In this document: in pieces, positions 25,421 through 40,049 of the stretch
Numbering within the stretch: the stretch's first letter is position 1
How the letters are laid out: each line of letters starts with the position of its first letter
Assembly: GCA_002633005.1 (NCBI GenBank)
Contig: NMRA01000084.1
Coordinates: 45,072-109,071 of the forward strand
Source of the DNA: Phoronis australis
Lineage: Eukaryota; Animalia; Phoronida
Length of the DNA: 64,000 nt
Reading direction: 5' to 3'
The notes under the pieces: model-generated
The model's database searches: none
The model's input: only the letters and a program-made list of their open reading frames with translations
What the model was told of the DNA's origin: nothing
Program-made: the position numbers and the translations under genes

Positions 25421-28189
25421 TATGGTATCTGTCTTTTTTGAAAATCGAGTAGGTGGTATGGTAGGCCTATTTTTGAATTTGTCACGAATTTAAAACAGAA
25501 AATCCGCTGGAGACGAGCAAAAACAATTCGTTGAGCAAATCATGGCCTTTCAACTTACAAACCTTGCTTGGGTGACTTTATGCAGTTTTTAAGTAATCAA
25601 CGCGAGTCATTGGCTAAAATTGATGCAGGCAGCTTTATCAGTCGGAGAGTCGAGTTTTATCTGTTAAAGATTCCCTACAAAAACAATAGATTTGTGGAAC
25701 TCACTCCTCCAAAAGAGTTTGGAAATGAACCCTACAGAAGAGTAACTTTTTAGCGGAAGCTCCCTACGAAGGTTTAACTATTCTAGCTTCCCAGTAGGCA
25801 GCACGTATATGTAGTCTCTCGGTTGGCTGCGTGGCATTCAGGGCGATGTAATATATTGGCTTGCTCTTTCCAGCTGCATTCTCCGGTGAAAGTCGAATAC
25901 CCTCCGGCTCCAGGGAACGTGTATGTGTTCACAACTAACTGAGGACTTGTGTTCAGAAAGGGTGAGCAGTGGTGTTCGGCGGGTAACCTGAACATCACGA
26001 AAACTTCTGAACCCGTCGACTTTTTATTTAATCCACTTACCAGAGTGAGGTCTCAAATTGTTCGTTTGACAAATCTAACGTCACTTCAGTGCACCGTAAG
26101 AACGGACGTGCACCATAAGAACTGGCGTAACATGTGGAACACGTATATGTCAGAAATGGCTGGATTCACACGAAACTTTCAGATACCACACGTATGTTTA
26201 ATTCTCTGTTCTACAAAAATCTCTTCTAGTTTACAAGAGCGATATCAAACGTAGGAATCAAAAGTTGCAAAAAATGAAAACGAAATGGTTATACAGGAAA
26301 CAGTAACAGCATTTTTAAGACTACCCCTTGACCATCGATATCCAACAATGTTTGTAACTGACAACGTTCTTTTGCTATGAATGTGCGTTTCGTTTTGCTA
26401 GAATTTACTGAAAAGACATACCCACCTAACCCAATTAAAGGGAGATTGGTTTAACGTCAAAATTCAATTTCTACAAATATTTTGCTTTCAGAAAATATAC
26501 GCTTATACTTGGATAAAACCTATGCTTTTCACAGATATTTGGTTAAATACATAGAATAGTCGATATATGATAAAGAAAAAGTGCAATGTCCTACACGACC
26601 TGAAACGAATTTGGTTTACCAACCGCTTCTCCAGGCGCCCCACTCGAACATACGTTGGTGAAAGCCAGGTTTACAGCGACCCAACCCGTGGAAGACTCAT
26701 CTTTCGTTAACCATTACCAGAAATCAACGAACGTTGTGTACTTATAGTTCCTAGACAATCCCAGCAGGAAGCCCAACTGACCACTTCGTATCCCGACCAC
26801 TTGAATGAAGTGTGCTCGTGGTACACCAATAGGCTGGGCTGATTATAAAAATATTCGAAGGCTTATACCCAGTTGGAGTACATGACTAGTCACAAACTTG
26901 GAAGTTGGAACAACAGCGAAATTCTAACCCAAGTCTACACCGGTCAACTGGTCGGACAACACACCAGCCAAAGCCAGATTCCGACAGACGCATGTCTTAC
27001 CAAATGAACCTTACCAGAAGACATGGCTTTACCATCAAGCTAGCAAAGGAACAAGAAGAGATTCCGCTACACAGTGGCAGGTAGACTCACCGTTAAGAAA
27101 ATATTCAACATATTCATAACCTACCTAGGGCACTGGTTGAACGACAGTAGCTCTTGTTTACTCAACCGCCCTTGACAATAAGCGAGCGGTCACAATGATT
27201 TCGTGTATTGGCCTCCAACTCCCAAGCGCTACCTCAGGCTAAGGATACGGGATTCGACAATCTCATTCAGGAATCGCACACCGACAGTCTGCGGGCGACC
27301 GTGTCGAAATCAAGGACGTCCCCCCTACAACCATTTGGGGAAAGATATCTTACCCTAGGGATATGGAACGGAAACAGTGACACCTGTGCCATAATGCACC
27401 ATTCTTACGCTAGGTGACACAGAATAGGTTTTCGAGCCATGGTTGAATTTACCTGTCCCTATTTCATTAAAAATTTACGCCAGCTGTGTGTTGTTACGTT
27501 TTGTGGAGCATGAATGACATTTGCTTGGTGTTTGAGTCTATACTGAGTGACAGATTCCTAGTTTGTGACTTTTTACAGACTTTTTTGTTCAGTCGTGGCT
27601 TTTTCTAACGTTAATGCTTGCAGTCAGACACTTTGAATTTGTCAAAAAATCTCGATGTTCAACACACAGGTTTCACCCCATTTCTGGAGAATTTTGGCAG
27701 TCTAAACGCATTGTCTCTCAATTTCGGCATACTTATCCAATTCAAGCCAATGGTGAATTTGAGGGAAAACGAATGTCTTCGGAAGTAGCCAGCGCACTCG
27801 CGGTAGTCGAAAAAGATGGAAAATGACTTTGGAATCAGTTTCTATAGACTTTGTGCAAGGTTTTCGAAGGCATTGGCCCATTAATTTCAGGTTTTGTACA
27901 ACCTGTGGGATAGACTTGCAGCTGATACCAGAACTGGTTTTTCACTAGCCCAAAATCATCAGAAACTGTTAATCGGTGCCACGCCGCCAGGAGGCACTGT
28001 GTAATTTCAGTGTAACCTGCCTGGCAGAGCCCACCATACTGAGATATAAAAACAATGGGCAAGTACGAATGTTTATGTTTATTGTGCACACGGTAACTGG
28101 TCTTCCGACCCACCTGTGTCTGGGTTGGTCGCAGCGCCCTCATGTGAGCGAAATCATAAAGGATATGTTATTCAATCAGTAATTCCTTG

Positions 28190-28364
28190 CAGTGGCAGAT
28201 CTACGATTTCAGTAAGGGGGGGGGGGGGNCGTGTAAGATCTTTTGGGATTTTTAGTAGCTAATTTCGTTTTTCTGGCGTTTTTTTTTCCAGTTTTTATTT
28301 TTGATCCTGTCCCGAGGGGGGGTTTAAACCCCCTGAAACCCCCCCCCCTGTAGATCCGCCTCTG
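28190..28364. mobile_element. MITE, CAGTGGCAGATCTAC / GTAGATCCGCCTCTG type
   Basis: Imperfect TIRs, internal G and C runs; CTTG on both flanks. Confidence 0.75.
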
Positions 28365-31300
28365 CTTGTCGGAAAATGTCATGGCCATGCGATCGGTGTT
28401 ATAAATATTTAGAATTGCGGAAAATCAGCTGTAGCTGAGAAATCCAATTGATATTCATACCACAAAGAGAATCTATTTGATGATCGAAATCAATTTACAT
28501 AAGTGACGGATGCCCGCAGGTGGTCGTTTGTAAGAGATGCATTTTCATTTATCAGTTCGTGTCCTGTGTGATCTGTGCAAACGAAGTGAATTTTTGCCGA
28601 GCGATTCCTTCCATCTTGTAGCACATTCTGTCGGAACTATGACTTTTGAGCCACCAAATCGGGAAATCACAACCCAGCCATTAGGCCTTAAAACTGTGAG
28701 GTAGATAGCAAAACATCAAATTATTGGGCCGACAAGATTCTAAGAATATCCGATTATTAGTTGAAGAGCTAGCGAATTAACCAAAACGATTTACTTACCC
28801 GTCTTACCGGGTGCTACAAAATCTACCTTCCTGGGTGGAGAATTTTAGTGATTTACCACACGCGCTGTTACGACTGTATGCTTGAACTATTAGCAGGCGC
28901 TCGCTGATGAGATCGGTATGAGAACTAGAACAATTATTTCTATCAATACTCGACACGTTTCATGAGGCCACCGTATGACAAACTCACACAACAGGGAGTA
29001 TCACATCATTTATTTGCCACACTGAATTATTTAACAACAGACTTAGTCGTAACGCCAGCCAAAGCTTAGAACTGTCTAGTTTTTAATGTTACACGTTAGA
29101 AGCGACACCACTGATCTGCTCTAGTCATAAACAACATGTGACCAGCATGTCCAGAAAAAAAGTCTACTGTCGTTTCGTAACATTATCAAGGTGCCACTAT
29201 TTTGCTTACAGAAAGAACAATTGACTATTTTAGGGTTTCCACAATAAAATTTATGCAAAAGCGGGAAAATCGCCATGTTGCTGCATAACGTCGAATAAGA
29301 TCAATTATAACCTGCAGGTGGAAAACCAAATGAGATCATATAAACCTCAAGGGGATTCCCGCTGCGCATTAACTATGGGTAACAGGTGAGCTCCAGGGCA
29401 GAGGTGTCAGCAACGCCAGGCACTAAAAAGCAAAACTTCGCGAGATCACGTGATATATTACCGTCTTTTAAATGGCTAGATTTTAGCTAGGTCTTAGGAG
29501 AACGTGTGATATTGGCTAGATTTCCTCGCAGATAGACAGATAGTGAACTCTACTCGGAACTTCAAGAGAAAAAAAAACGCTTTGTTTCTTCTCTCGCTAA
29601 AGGGCTATTTGACATCCTTCTTATCCCGCCACTAGGGCGAGCGGCCGAGCTTACGGAGCGCTATGCAACTCGACTGCAACTAATACAGCTATAATAGCAC
29701 ACGACTGCGGCAGGGAACTTGCGAGTATTTAGCCACGCAAGTTGGCGAGGCGAACGTCATGGTGACTTCCGTCTACCTATATCACACTGAGCTTGCTGGC
29801 GCTAAGCTGATCTCCTTCGGCTGCCGATTGAAAATTAATCACAGCATCTTTTGACAACAAAAATCTCTGTCGTTGGCATTTTGTAATCATATGAACTTCA
29901 TTTACGCTGTTTACTACGACTATAATTAGCAGTCTGTTAGATTTGACTCAGCCGTACAGCGTTTGGCGGCTGCTGAGAAGTTAGCGCCGGGATTCTATTC
30001 CAGACTATTGATATTTTTTTTAAATTCATTTATTTCTCCGAATCACCAGACCACACCATACTAGCTTTCTTGAGCGTGCCCTCTATCGGATGAACGCAAC
30101 CAGAAACCCATTTCGCTGTTTGATTTTGGTCTTTTAGTTCACAACCACATACGAGGGGAATAAAAGTGGTCGTACTCCCTGTTCATTACAAGACACGTAT
30201 ATGATATTATGATTTCCAAGTGTTATCCATCTTGGCCATGCCAGTGCAAACAACCTTGTCCTTCGCCTCTCACGGCCCGCTCGCCGTAATTTTTCATTAT
30301 GTCTACTTTGTCGTTTTTCATCTATAAATATAACCTTTCAAATATTTTCCGCTTTCGTTGCGTCCTTATTAGTTTTTTCAATGTTTATTCCGAAAAATAA
30401 AATGCACCATGATTGAACTTAAACCAAGAAAATGCTAAAATGCACTGGAAAGCATTTTATTTCGGCATTATATGCGTCTTTTGTTATTTATAGCTTTGTA
30501 AGGTGTCATTTTCAATAAAAGGATTTTCTGACAAAATTAAAATTTTCATAATGTTGTGAACTGAATGGCAGGTGTGGTGTCTCAAAGGAGACTGCAAGAT
30601 GGTTACGTTTTATTAAATTATTCAGCAACCTGACTGAGTTAAGCGTCCAGATCAAACGTGTCTGGACAAACATTGGCTGTGAACTTGGTGACCCCACTGA
30701 GCACAACAACGTGATAAAATAGAAGGTTGTTCAAGCCCACCTTTAGGTCTCCTAACTTGGGGACGTGCTGCATGAACCAGTGGCGAACTAAAGCCTCCCG
30801 CTTTTCTTTATTTTGCGTGTGTCAAACAATCAGCTGGCATTACAAACTCCGTTGGGTTTGCTTTGGGGTTATCTGTCTTTATGCACATTTGACAGGTGGT
30901 CGATAAAATATTTTTGCGTCAACTTTGAAGCGACGGACCTTTTGATTGAACAGATCTCCTAGACGCCTGCAGCTGACGGTAATTTTCAACTACGTAAAGA
31001 GGAATATATTTAGTGAAATTAAAGATCGTCATATTGCGACTCTGATCTGGCTACCAATTCTGTTCCGACTCCTGATTGTTTTGTCTCTCCCACTCCCATC
31101 CACGTCACCACCGATTTCGCGTTCTCTTCCCATCCGGGTATCGCCAAGTTTTTGTCGCAGCCGGTCGTTTGTGACACCCTCTCTCTTCGGTGCCGCCCGT
31201 TATCGGGGTGCCGCGGGACGTCAACCCCTTTACCCCCCACCTAAACTCATTCGTTGGATTATTCAACTGTTCGTGCAAAGCCGAAATCTATATTTCACTT

Positions 31301-32093
31301 AACAGGTGTACATGTAAATACATGGTCTGCGTTAGAGCGCGCAACGCTGTGATGCCTTATATCTGGTTTAACTTAGTCACGTATCAAACGAAATTGCATT
31401 CTTGTGTCTCAGGTTTCTTGTACAATTTTTTAACCTGTCCTCTTTAGTCTGTTGATTGCTAATCACGATCTTCATTTTCATGTATTCTCTATTATTTCAG
31501 CCATTAGGCACTTTTCTGTCTCTAACATCGGTGTGCGGATCTTACCTGCTTTAACGTTCTGTCATTGTCTACACGTTTTTGCAGTACTGGTCAGATCACG
31601 AATGGCGACATCGGATATCCGAGTGCCATGTGTGAAAAGTGATATTCAGACGGCTGACCTGTGAACATCACCGTGTAACGGAAGTTTTGACAATTAGAGG
31701 ACAGAAGTATTCAATTGTCATGTAACAATATCTCTCATGCCTACACACAATATCCCTATACCACCTTCAATAGCACTTGGCTCGCGATAAGCTGTTTGTT
31801 GGGTTTGCAAGTAAATAAGGTTACCTAGAAAGTGTCGCCCCCCGCGTTATGTGCGAGGGGGGCACATGTTACTCTTCTCAGATATGACAACCAGTGAGCT
31901 TGGGTAAGATTCAAGTCAAATTATTCACAATGATAAATTGGATCTTGAGAGATTCCAGGCAAGGTGGTCTTTTTTGCCTAACTAGCTTTTGTAGGGTCTG
32001 ATAATGTTTCGTCAATTGTTTGATGTACACTAAACTAGATGTCATATTGTCACACAACTATGTACTGGTTGGTTGAGTTAATAAATATCTCTG

Positions 32094-32126
<33 letters not shown>
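32094..32126 (+). repeat. Poly(A) tract, possibly the 3' end of a short retroposed insertion
   Basis: About 30 A residues. AAGATTCAAGTC occurs both near 31906 and immediately after the tract, a candidate TSD. Confidence 0.6.
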
Positions 32127-32128
<2 letters not shown>

Positions 32129-32982
32129 TTCAAGTCGTCACCCCATTACGACCAGATGGATATGATAAGTTATTTCTAGAAATATTTAATTTGAATAATC
32201 AACTATGTCGTATTTATCAAAAACCATGGTTTGCTTTACACAATGTTTTGTTTACCTAACACAAAAATGTTATTCATAAAAGATTATTTTTATACAATAT
32301 ACGATATATGTGATGTTTTGTTGCAAGATAGCGCATTGGCTGGACATCTAAAACGAGGGGTCCAGATGATGGCACATGCGCAGTTCGTGACTGATGTTGA
32401 CAGATGTTCTCTCTTATTCTTTTCAACTTTAGTGTTACTATAATGGTCGTGCGAAACAGACTCTAACTTTTAGACTGCCCTGTTGATCTAAACTCTTTAA
32501 AACCTGTTGTAACTGTAACGCGATATAACCCTTTGCGAGAGTAGTTTAGCAAGAGGTTATAACTGCTGTAACTCGGTGTGAGTGCGGCACTTGCAAAAGT
32601 TATAACTCAGTAAGTGGCGCTGCTATCGAATCTGACTGGAAACAATGGCGCACCGAGGCGCTAACGGTGGCACAGCCAGACTTGGGGGCAGCCTTGAAGT
32701 AGGCGTTGCATGTAGACTCAAAGAACCTGGTTTGCTTATATTTTTGTGAACTTGTTGAAAATGAAACAGGCCAATCTTCTTCAAGATGGCGCCATCCTGT
32801 TGCATTTGAGCACTGCTGAGTAGCGACTGAGAAATCTGGTCCAATTTCAGGTAGCCATCAAAAAGTAAGAAATGCAAAACAAAGTTGTTAATTGACAGCA
32901 CTTTTTGATCTCATTTTTGAGATCAGTGGGGAATTTTCTTTCAGAACCAAAATTGTTGGTTTATGTCGCGCATCGGCAGGGA

Positions 32983-34334
32983 AGTGGTGGTTTGGAGGTG
33001 AAAGGGAATTTTGTGTTTTTTTGCCACTTTTTCTCTTAGCCTTCCGTGAATTTCAGTAGGAGTGAAAAGTTCATAAAATACAAGACATAAAGTTTCTGAT
33101 GTGAAATGACTCGAAACTTTTCATACTTTGCACCCGGTTTGAGACAGCGTGAAGAAAATGTGACAAGTCCGTTGATGTGTATCGAGGCAAAACGTAAAAA
33201 AAATATTCTGTGTTCCCTTTAGACTTGACGGAAATCACGAACAAGTGTGACATTAGTTTCTCCTCGAGCAGAGGTTGGCTGTAGTACTAAATTTAGAAGC
33301 AAGTATGGCGCCCGAGGCCCGGCTTGTAGGCACAGAATTTCGCAAACATATTGATCATTCCGAGGCGCTCATTTATACAGGGAAATGAATTACTCGGCGT
33401 GTACTAGAGCAGACTCACAATACTGTTGTTCTGTAGCTTTTACCTTATTCTTGCCTTGGAACCTTTTAAAATTTTGATAATTCATGCGCGCACCCAGCCT
33501 TCAATATGGGGGGGGGGCTCGAATTCCTGACGATGTGGACCTTTTGGTAACAAAAAAGCGCCACCGTGAATTGCGCGTTTGTGCTTCTTCAGTGGACTTT
33601 TGTCTCGTTTCTCAGAAGCGGACCTTTTTGCCCACTTCGCCAAATGGGGGCCGGGGGCTNAGTGGTGGTTTGGAGGTGAAAGGGAATTTTGTGTTTTTTT
33701 GCCACTTTTTCTCTTAGCCTTCCGTGATTTTCAGTAGGAGTGAAAAGGTCATAAAATACAAGACATAAAGTTTCTGATGTGAAATGACTCGAAACTTTTC
33801 ATACTTTGCACCCGGTTTGAGACAGCGTGAAGAAAATGTGACAAGTCCGTTGATGTGTATCGAGGCAAAACGCAAAAAGATATTCTGTGTTCCGTTTAGA
33901 CTTGACGGAAATCACGAACAAGTGTGACATTAGTTTCGCCCCGAGCAGAGGTTGGCTGTAGTACTAAATTTAGAAGCAAGTATGGCGCCCGAGGCCCGGC
34001 TTGTAGGCACAGAATTTCGCAAACATATTGATCATTCCGAGGCGCTCATTTATACAGGGAAATGAATTATTCGGCGTGTACTAGAGCAGACTCACAATAC
34101 TGTTGTTCTGCAGCTTTTACCTTATTCTTGCCTTGGAACCTTTTAAAATTTTGATAATTCATGCGCGCACCCAGCCTTCAATATGGGGGGGGCTCGAATT
34201 CCTGACGATGTGGACCTTTTGGTAACAAAAAAGCGCCACCGTGAATTGCGCGTTTGTGCTTCTTCAGTGGACTTTTGTCTCGTTTCTCAGAAGCGGACCT
34301 TTTTGCCCACTTCGCCAAATGGGGGCCGGGGGCT
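32983..34334. repeat. ~675-bp direct duplication joined by a single N (probable allelic/contig overlap); each copy ends in a truncated CATGCGCGCACCCAG MITE
   Basis: 32983-33659 versus 33661-34334, with scattered substitutions; N at 33660. Confidence 0.85.
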
Positions 34335-36611
34335 CGTTCGATGATTCGGTTGTACAATATTCTAGGGATGGATGATTACAATAAGTTTATGCTGTATTTT
34401 CACTAAGAGGGTCAGCATCATTTTGCCAATTCAGCGTCATGTTTGCTAAATTCATCACTTGTCTTTTAAATAACCCATTTTGTAATTCGTAGATATTTTC
34501 GTGGATGATCCAAAGACCCGTATGTGAAGTCACCAGCACCGGAAGAGCTCAATTATTGGAACAATGATCATATATTTTTGAAAATGCTGTTTTTCCTACA
34601 TATTTAGAGGCACTCTTTTCAACATCCGTGCACACACGACAACTAGAGACATTACTTTTCAGTCCAACCATCCATTTAAATTTTATAGGTTAAACCTCAC
34701 TGAATTCGAAAACAAATTTTGAGCTGGAGTCTGCTAAATTAGCCGGGTATGTGATCAGTTCATGTAAATAAGTTTCTTCCATGAACGTTGTGGTTAAAGG
34801 CCCGGTATTCAGTTCTGCAACGTAGAAGTACGCATCACCGGTAAAAATGTACATCAAATAGCTATTACCAACTACAAGCTACCTTGTTAGTATTTCAAAC
34901 GTTTCAAATTTCATTTCCACGAAATCCTTTTCTACAGCGACAGCATTCCGGTCTTTTTCGAAGCGGAAAAAGTTTCTCAACCCTACGCTCATTTCTATAC
35001 CCGTACCATTTGCGTAGATGTACTACTTTTATAGTTTTAATATGTATTTTTTCTTTGAAGCACAGCACTGCGACACTGTTGTTTTCACACAGGTGTGGTT
35101 TTCATGCTGATGGCAATTCAAATTTTCCATTCAATATTTGGGACGCTGGATACTTTTTTAAAAGGAGCGTTCAAACGAACATGATCTGGGACTGGCAGTG
35201 GTGGCCCAGGGTATGATTTGCTTATCATTAGGTTAACATCGTGATTTAAGTACAGCTGACGCGACTTACCCCCGGGACAAAATACATGTTACCAGGCCGG
35301 GGTGTAGACATTTTGTTCCATGGCGGCCTCACTCCAAACCTAACTTTCCCAGACCAACAAACCCAGATTACTAGCTGTGCCCCAGGGACCAGACTGCAGC
35401 CTCACGAATCATGGGCACGGCTGTGGAATCTAATATACCGGGTATGAAGTATTCTTACCAAGTATGAAGAGTTCTGGATCGCCGGTTTGATGTTTGCTGG
35501 TCCGGGCCTGTGATTTAGAGTTGGAATTTTAATGCCATCGCCTGATTAAATTTTGTTTGAAAACATCCGTCTTATGCATGACATATACAATCATGGCCTA
35601 CAATGGAGTCACCAAATACATGTACAATGGTCTGTCTTGCTGCTGTTGTTTGAAATAATACTGGCTTACCGCCTTTGAAGTTCCTGCCAATTAAAGCGTT
35701 CCTTATATAACATGTTTATAGTCAACGGCCCACTACGTTGCTATTAAACGGTCTCATAGTAGAAACATAAGCCTTTATGATGCGGATCGGTTCAGAAATT
35801 TGTTTGTTTATTGCATTATAATATAATGGCTTCACTACCGAGTCACTGATTGGTCAACAATTCGCAAGGTCAGATGTCAACCCACTGGAGGACGGATACC
35901 AAATATTTACTGGTTGAAGTCCATAGATCTGGCATGTTAAAGTTAGTTTATTAAAGACCGGCTGTTTTTGGATATAGAAGTTTTATACATTTAAAGGCTT
36001 GGAGACAATTTATCTGGAAAACATCACCCCGAGAAAGGTAAGCCCACGAGCCAGATGCTGTCGAGACATGCAGCTGTAAACTCCGATCTACATTGTAAAG
36101 CGAGATTAAATTAATTTTTAGCGCCACCGTCGTCACCTGAGGTAGAATCATTGGCGTTATTCTGATCTTCTAATTGTTTTCGTCGTCCCCATCATCTTCA
36201 CCACCACCACCAATAGGCCTATATCAGTTAAATGTGAGTACGGTTCCTGCTTATTCTCAAGATTATAGAAAGTGCCCAACATCAATAAATCACCACCGAC
36301 AAATAGGCATCTGAAGGTGGTAACAAGCCAACTTGCAAAGTCTGAACCATCAAGCAGTTCCTTCTAAATCCAGAAATCACCATGAACTTGAGCGATATGA
36401 GACCGATTTCATAGCCATAAGAGTTCAGAATCATTTTAAAAATGTCGAAACACCGAGTGATGACAGCTTTAAGGTTTACATCGTACGTGCATCAATACAT
36501 CGGACGTATTTTCGGAATTATTTTTCTCTTATACGGCCAAAGGGTACGTGTATATACTGGTAATCAAGCTCCGGTTGCTTTCTGGTAGTGTGGCACCAAA
36601 CCTGTTGAATT

Positions 36612-36624
36612 GTGACGATGTTGA

Positions 36625-36663
<39 letters not shown>

Positions 36664-36743
36664 TAACGATGATGATGGTGATGATGGTGATGATGATGAT
36701 GACGATGACGATGACGATTACCATGATAATGGTGATGGTGGTG
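36612..36743. repeat. (GAC/GAT/GGT)n trinucleotide microsatellite
   Basis: Direct inspection; explains the poly-D, poly-H and poly-V ORFs. Confidence 0.95.
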
Positions 36744-37082
36744 AATTAGCCGACAGTACGAAGCTGATGATAAAGCAAATGAACACGGTTGAAACTTCCA
36801 TAGGTGGACATATCTCAAGCGGAGCTTCAACGTCTTACCCTAATTAAAGCAACAAGTAGTTGATACCTATCATCCTGTACACCGAGAACATTAACGGTTT
36901 GCTACTATTAGCGGCTGGCAATGGATGCCTGCTGCGTTGCACTGAAGCACAATACTGAGTGCACGTGAAAAGCGGCACATATCACCTTATCACGGTCATG
37001 CTTATCAAAACAACATCCCGGCGTACTTGTCATTTGTTTGAATTCGGGTGAAACTAGTTCCAATACATTGCCTGGAGTTCTC

Positions 37083-37235
37083 CAGTGGTAGTGCTAAAAT
37101 TAGAGGTAAGTAGGCGCCAAAAGACCACGTATCACCTTGAGCACTGAACGTAACTTACGGTGCGTAGGCGCTACGTTCAAATGCTAAAAGGTGGTTGGCT
37201 GCGCCTACATGCGCCTACGCCCCACTACGGCACTG
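37083..37235. mobile_element. hAT-like MITE with 8-bp TSD
   Basis: CAGTG...CACTG ends; GAGTTCTC at 37075-37082 and 37236-37243. Confidence 0.8.
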
Positions 37236-38293
37236 GAGTTCTCCTGATGGCAACACTGTTTTGGTGATTGACTCTAACCTGTCATGACAAGCCTCTTAAA
37301 CTGAGGACCTCAGTAGTGGTCTAAAACAAAGAACAATTTGAAATTTCTTCTGAAGCTCAGAACTAATTACTAATCTCAGCAAGGAGAGAGCTATTTTGCA
37401 ACAGTTAGGTGGTTTTTGACCAGAAGCTTGGCTAACCCTTTTTGACAGCATTAATGGCGGCGAACGTTATGACGCAGCGACATGTTGAACACAAGTGAAA
37501 TGCTTTGCCCAAACAAATCACGGCCACCCATTCCTATTGTTGAAATCAAATACCACTAAGTGAAAGTTAAACACTCGATAAGAAACGCTAATAGAAAATC
37601 CAAATATCCGTTGATGATACTAAAACCCATGTAATATCAGAAGTGGGTTTCTTTACGAGGGCTGTTGATCTCGACGCCACGCACATCGGATTAGGTTCAA
37701 TGGTTTATTCATCGCACCAAGCAACGCATTTAGTTGGCAATGAGAAGAAGTAGTCGGACAGGTAGCCTGAATCTTCCCCCAGGTGGTCATTAAACAGTGT
37801 GCATGCATTATTTTTATTTTACTGTTGTAGATTTTACTAACATGTTATTGAAAGTTCTCCAGAGTCAATTATACCAACACACGTTTCTGTCAATTTTTGT
37901 TCCGAGTTTTGTTACCGTGCACCTCTAACAAAGCGACAAATAGAAAACAAAAACGCGCCCCTTGTGTGAATAAACTGCACAAAATCCTGGGTCCGCCGCT
38001 GTATGCCAATCATCGCTAGACCCGTTGAGTTAAACGAGGAAAGTTCAGTCCCGAGCTCTATACACCAAGTTTCTCATTGAGGTTATCGACGTTCTTTTTA
38101 AAATCGCTTTGAAGGCACACTACCTGGATTTCGTTCCGTTGTCGCAAGAAACTCGTGTAATCACAAATTCACACCAGTCTTTGCGAGGTCATCATCGAAA
38201 TGAATTGGAGGCGAAGCATGCGATCACGAAAGCTTTTGTAGTGTTTTGCGTCCACACATGGGAAACAGTGGACGTTTTCTTCCCAACATGATA

Positions 38294-39720
38294 CCGGGAT
38301 TTTCCTTAGATGAGCCCATGGCGTTTATTCGGAAAAGGGGAAGAGTAAACGGAAAGTCCTAATTTTGGCTACGTAAATGCCATCATGGATTGAATACACC
38401 TAGGCTTAGATTATGAGGTTTCCTGTCATTCTCTACTTAAAACTGTGTTTAAATTTTATGTTAATAAATGCTTAGTTAGCCAACACTTTGTTCGCTTTTT
38501 TGTAAATAATAAATGCTCCATAAAACTTAATTTGGTAATTAAAAGGTGACAGAAACGATGATAAACTAACAATATGAAATAGTCTTTTCAACAACCACGA
38601 AGCTTAGGAAATGAGTGGCGGAACTTAAGTAAAAAATGAAGGGCCACTCAGACCTTTTTTGAACATTACAGCGCTTTCCCGTTGCTCCCAAATTGTTCGA
38701 TTCTATAGCCCAACAACAAGTTGGGAAAATCACACCTGTAGCCAAGATCTTACACGACTGATTAAACCATTCTGGCATTAATGTTTGGAGGGCCGGCTCT
38801 CTTTTGTTCAATAATTGGTCTAATCTCCGATCAGATCGTATCTAGCCTGACTGGGCTGCGCTGCTAAAAATGACAGTTAAGTTATAACATATTTGAACAT
38901 TTCTGAATTCCTTGTCAAATGGAGATCATGCTTAGTTTTTGAATCCCCAAAATCGCCCAAATACAACAGAAGTTAAGGCAATCTATTCTGCCAGGTTTCA
39001 GTAACCCTAACTGAAGCTTGAGAGATAATTGGCCTGCTTGTTGTCATACGAGACAAAAGACTGTGCTGGGCAGTTAACAAAGGAACCAGATGTTATCGCA
39101 CGCTCAGAACCCTCATGTCTGGAAAAGTTGCTGAACGACAGAACGCCGTCATGAGTGGTATTTTGGATACTATTTCATGGCCGGTAATCCATATAGCCCC
39201 CAACTTATTTGAGTGCTGCGCCGCCCATATGTATTGACGTGTTCTTTCACGATGAGTTTCTCCAGGTGTTTATTACGCCAACTCATTTTAAAAATATATC
39301 AAAGCTTTCATGTGGCTTATTTGAATATCTTGGTGCAGAAGGGTGGGAATTCGACGAGTCTACCAGGATTCTCTGTAGATATGCTTACCCGATGAAACGC
39401 CTATGGGCGTTTATTAGGTGTTACAACTTCTGGTGTCAAACCTCCAACAGGGAAGCATTTATTCGGAAAATTTGTTCTTAAAAATCCACTCAGCATCAAC
39501 TTTTATCCACAGATTCAGTTTTGTGGAGCATTGATCATTGTTCATAAAAAACAAACAAAGTGTTGGAGAACTGTGTATTTATTAACTGAAAATTAAAAAC
39601 ACTTTCCGTTTACACGCCTCCTTTTCCGAAAAAACGTCCGGGTGTTTATTTTGTGTTTCTGAAATTCTGAAAATTTAGTTCCGAATACACGACCATGGGC
39701 TTATCTGCGGAAAATCCCGG
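38294..39720. mobile_element. Non-autonomous TA-flanked DNA transposon (Tc1/mariner/pogo-type)
   Basis: TA|CCGGGATTTTCCTTAGATGAGCCCATGG...CCATGGGCTTATCTGCGGAAAATCCCGG|TA; related copy at 63210-63646. Confidence 0.75.
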
Positions 39721-40049
39721 TATAAATGCATTGAAAGTGCACAAATTAATTTTTTTGTAAAATGACCATGGATGTTCGTTGTACGTGAACTAACCGTCTG
39801 CCGTGCTAAAAAAATCAATTTTCTGTTGGTCTATTCATGCTAGTAACTGTGCCGGGCTCACACCTCGCTGGTTGCCTGCGTGCCGCTTGGTGGCCAGTAG
39901 CCAGCACGCGCGCTGGCTAGGCACGTAGGCTATATATTGGACCAGCGAGTGCTCACATCAGAATGGAGGCCGACTCAACTGTGGTGTTAATCAAGATTTT
40001 TTCTCATCGAATCCTTGATTCTGGATCAAAACTGGTACGAAAATAGGTC

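Noticed and set aside
26600-27420. Possible old LINE remnant (W...ILTQVYTG)
   Set aside because: Too degenerate to assign without a search.
36518-36847. Poly-Asp, poly-His/Arg and poly-Val ORFs
   Set aside because: They are alternative readings of one trinucleotide microsatellite, with no splice or domain context.
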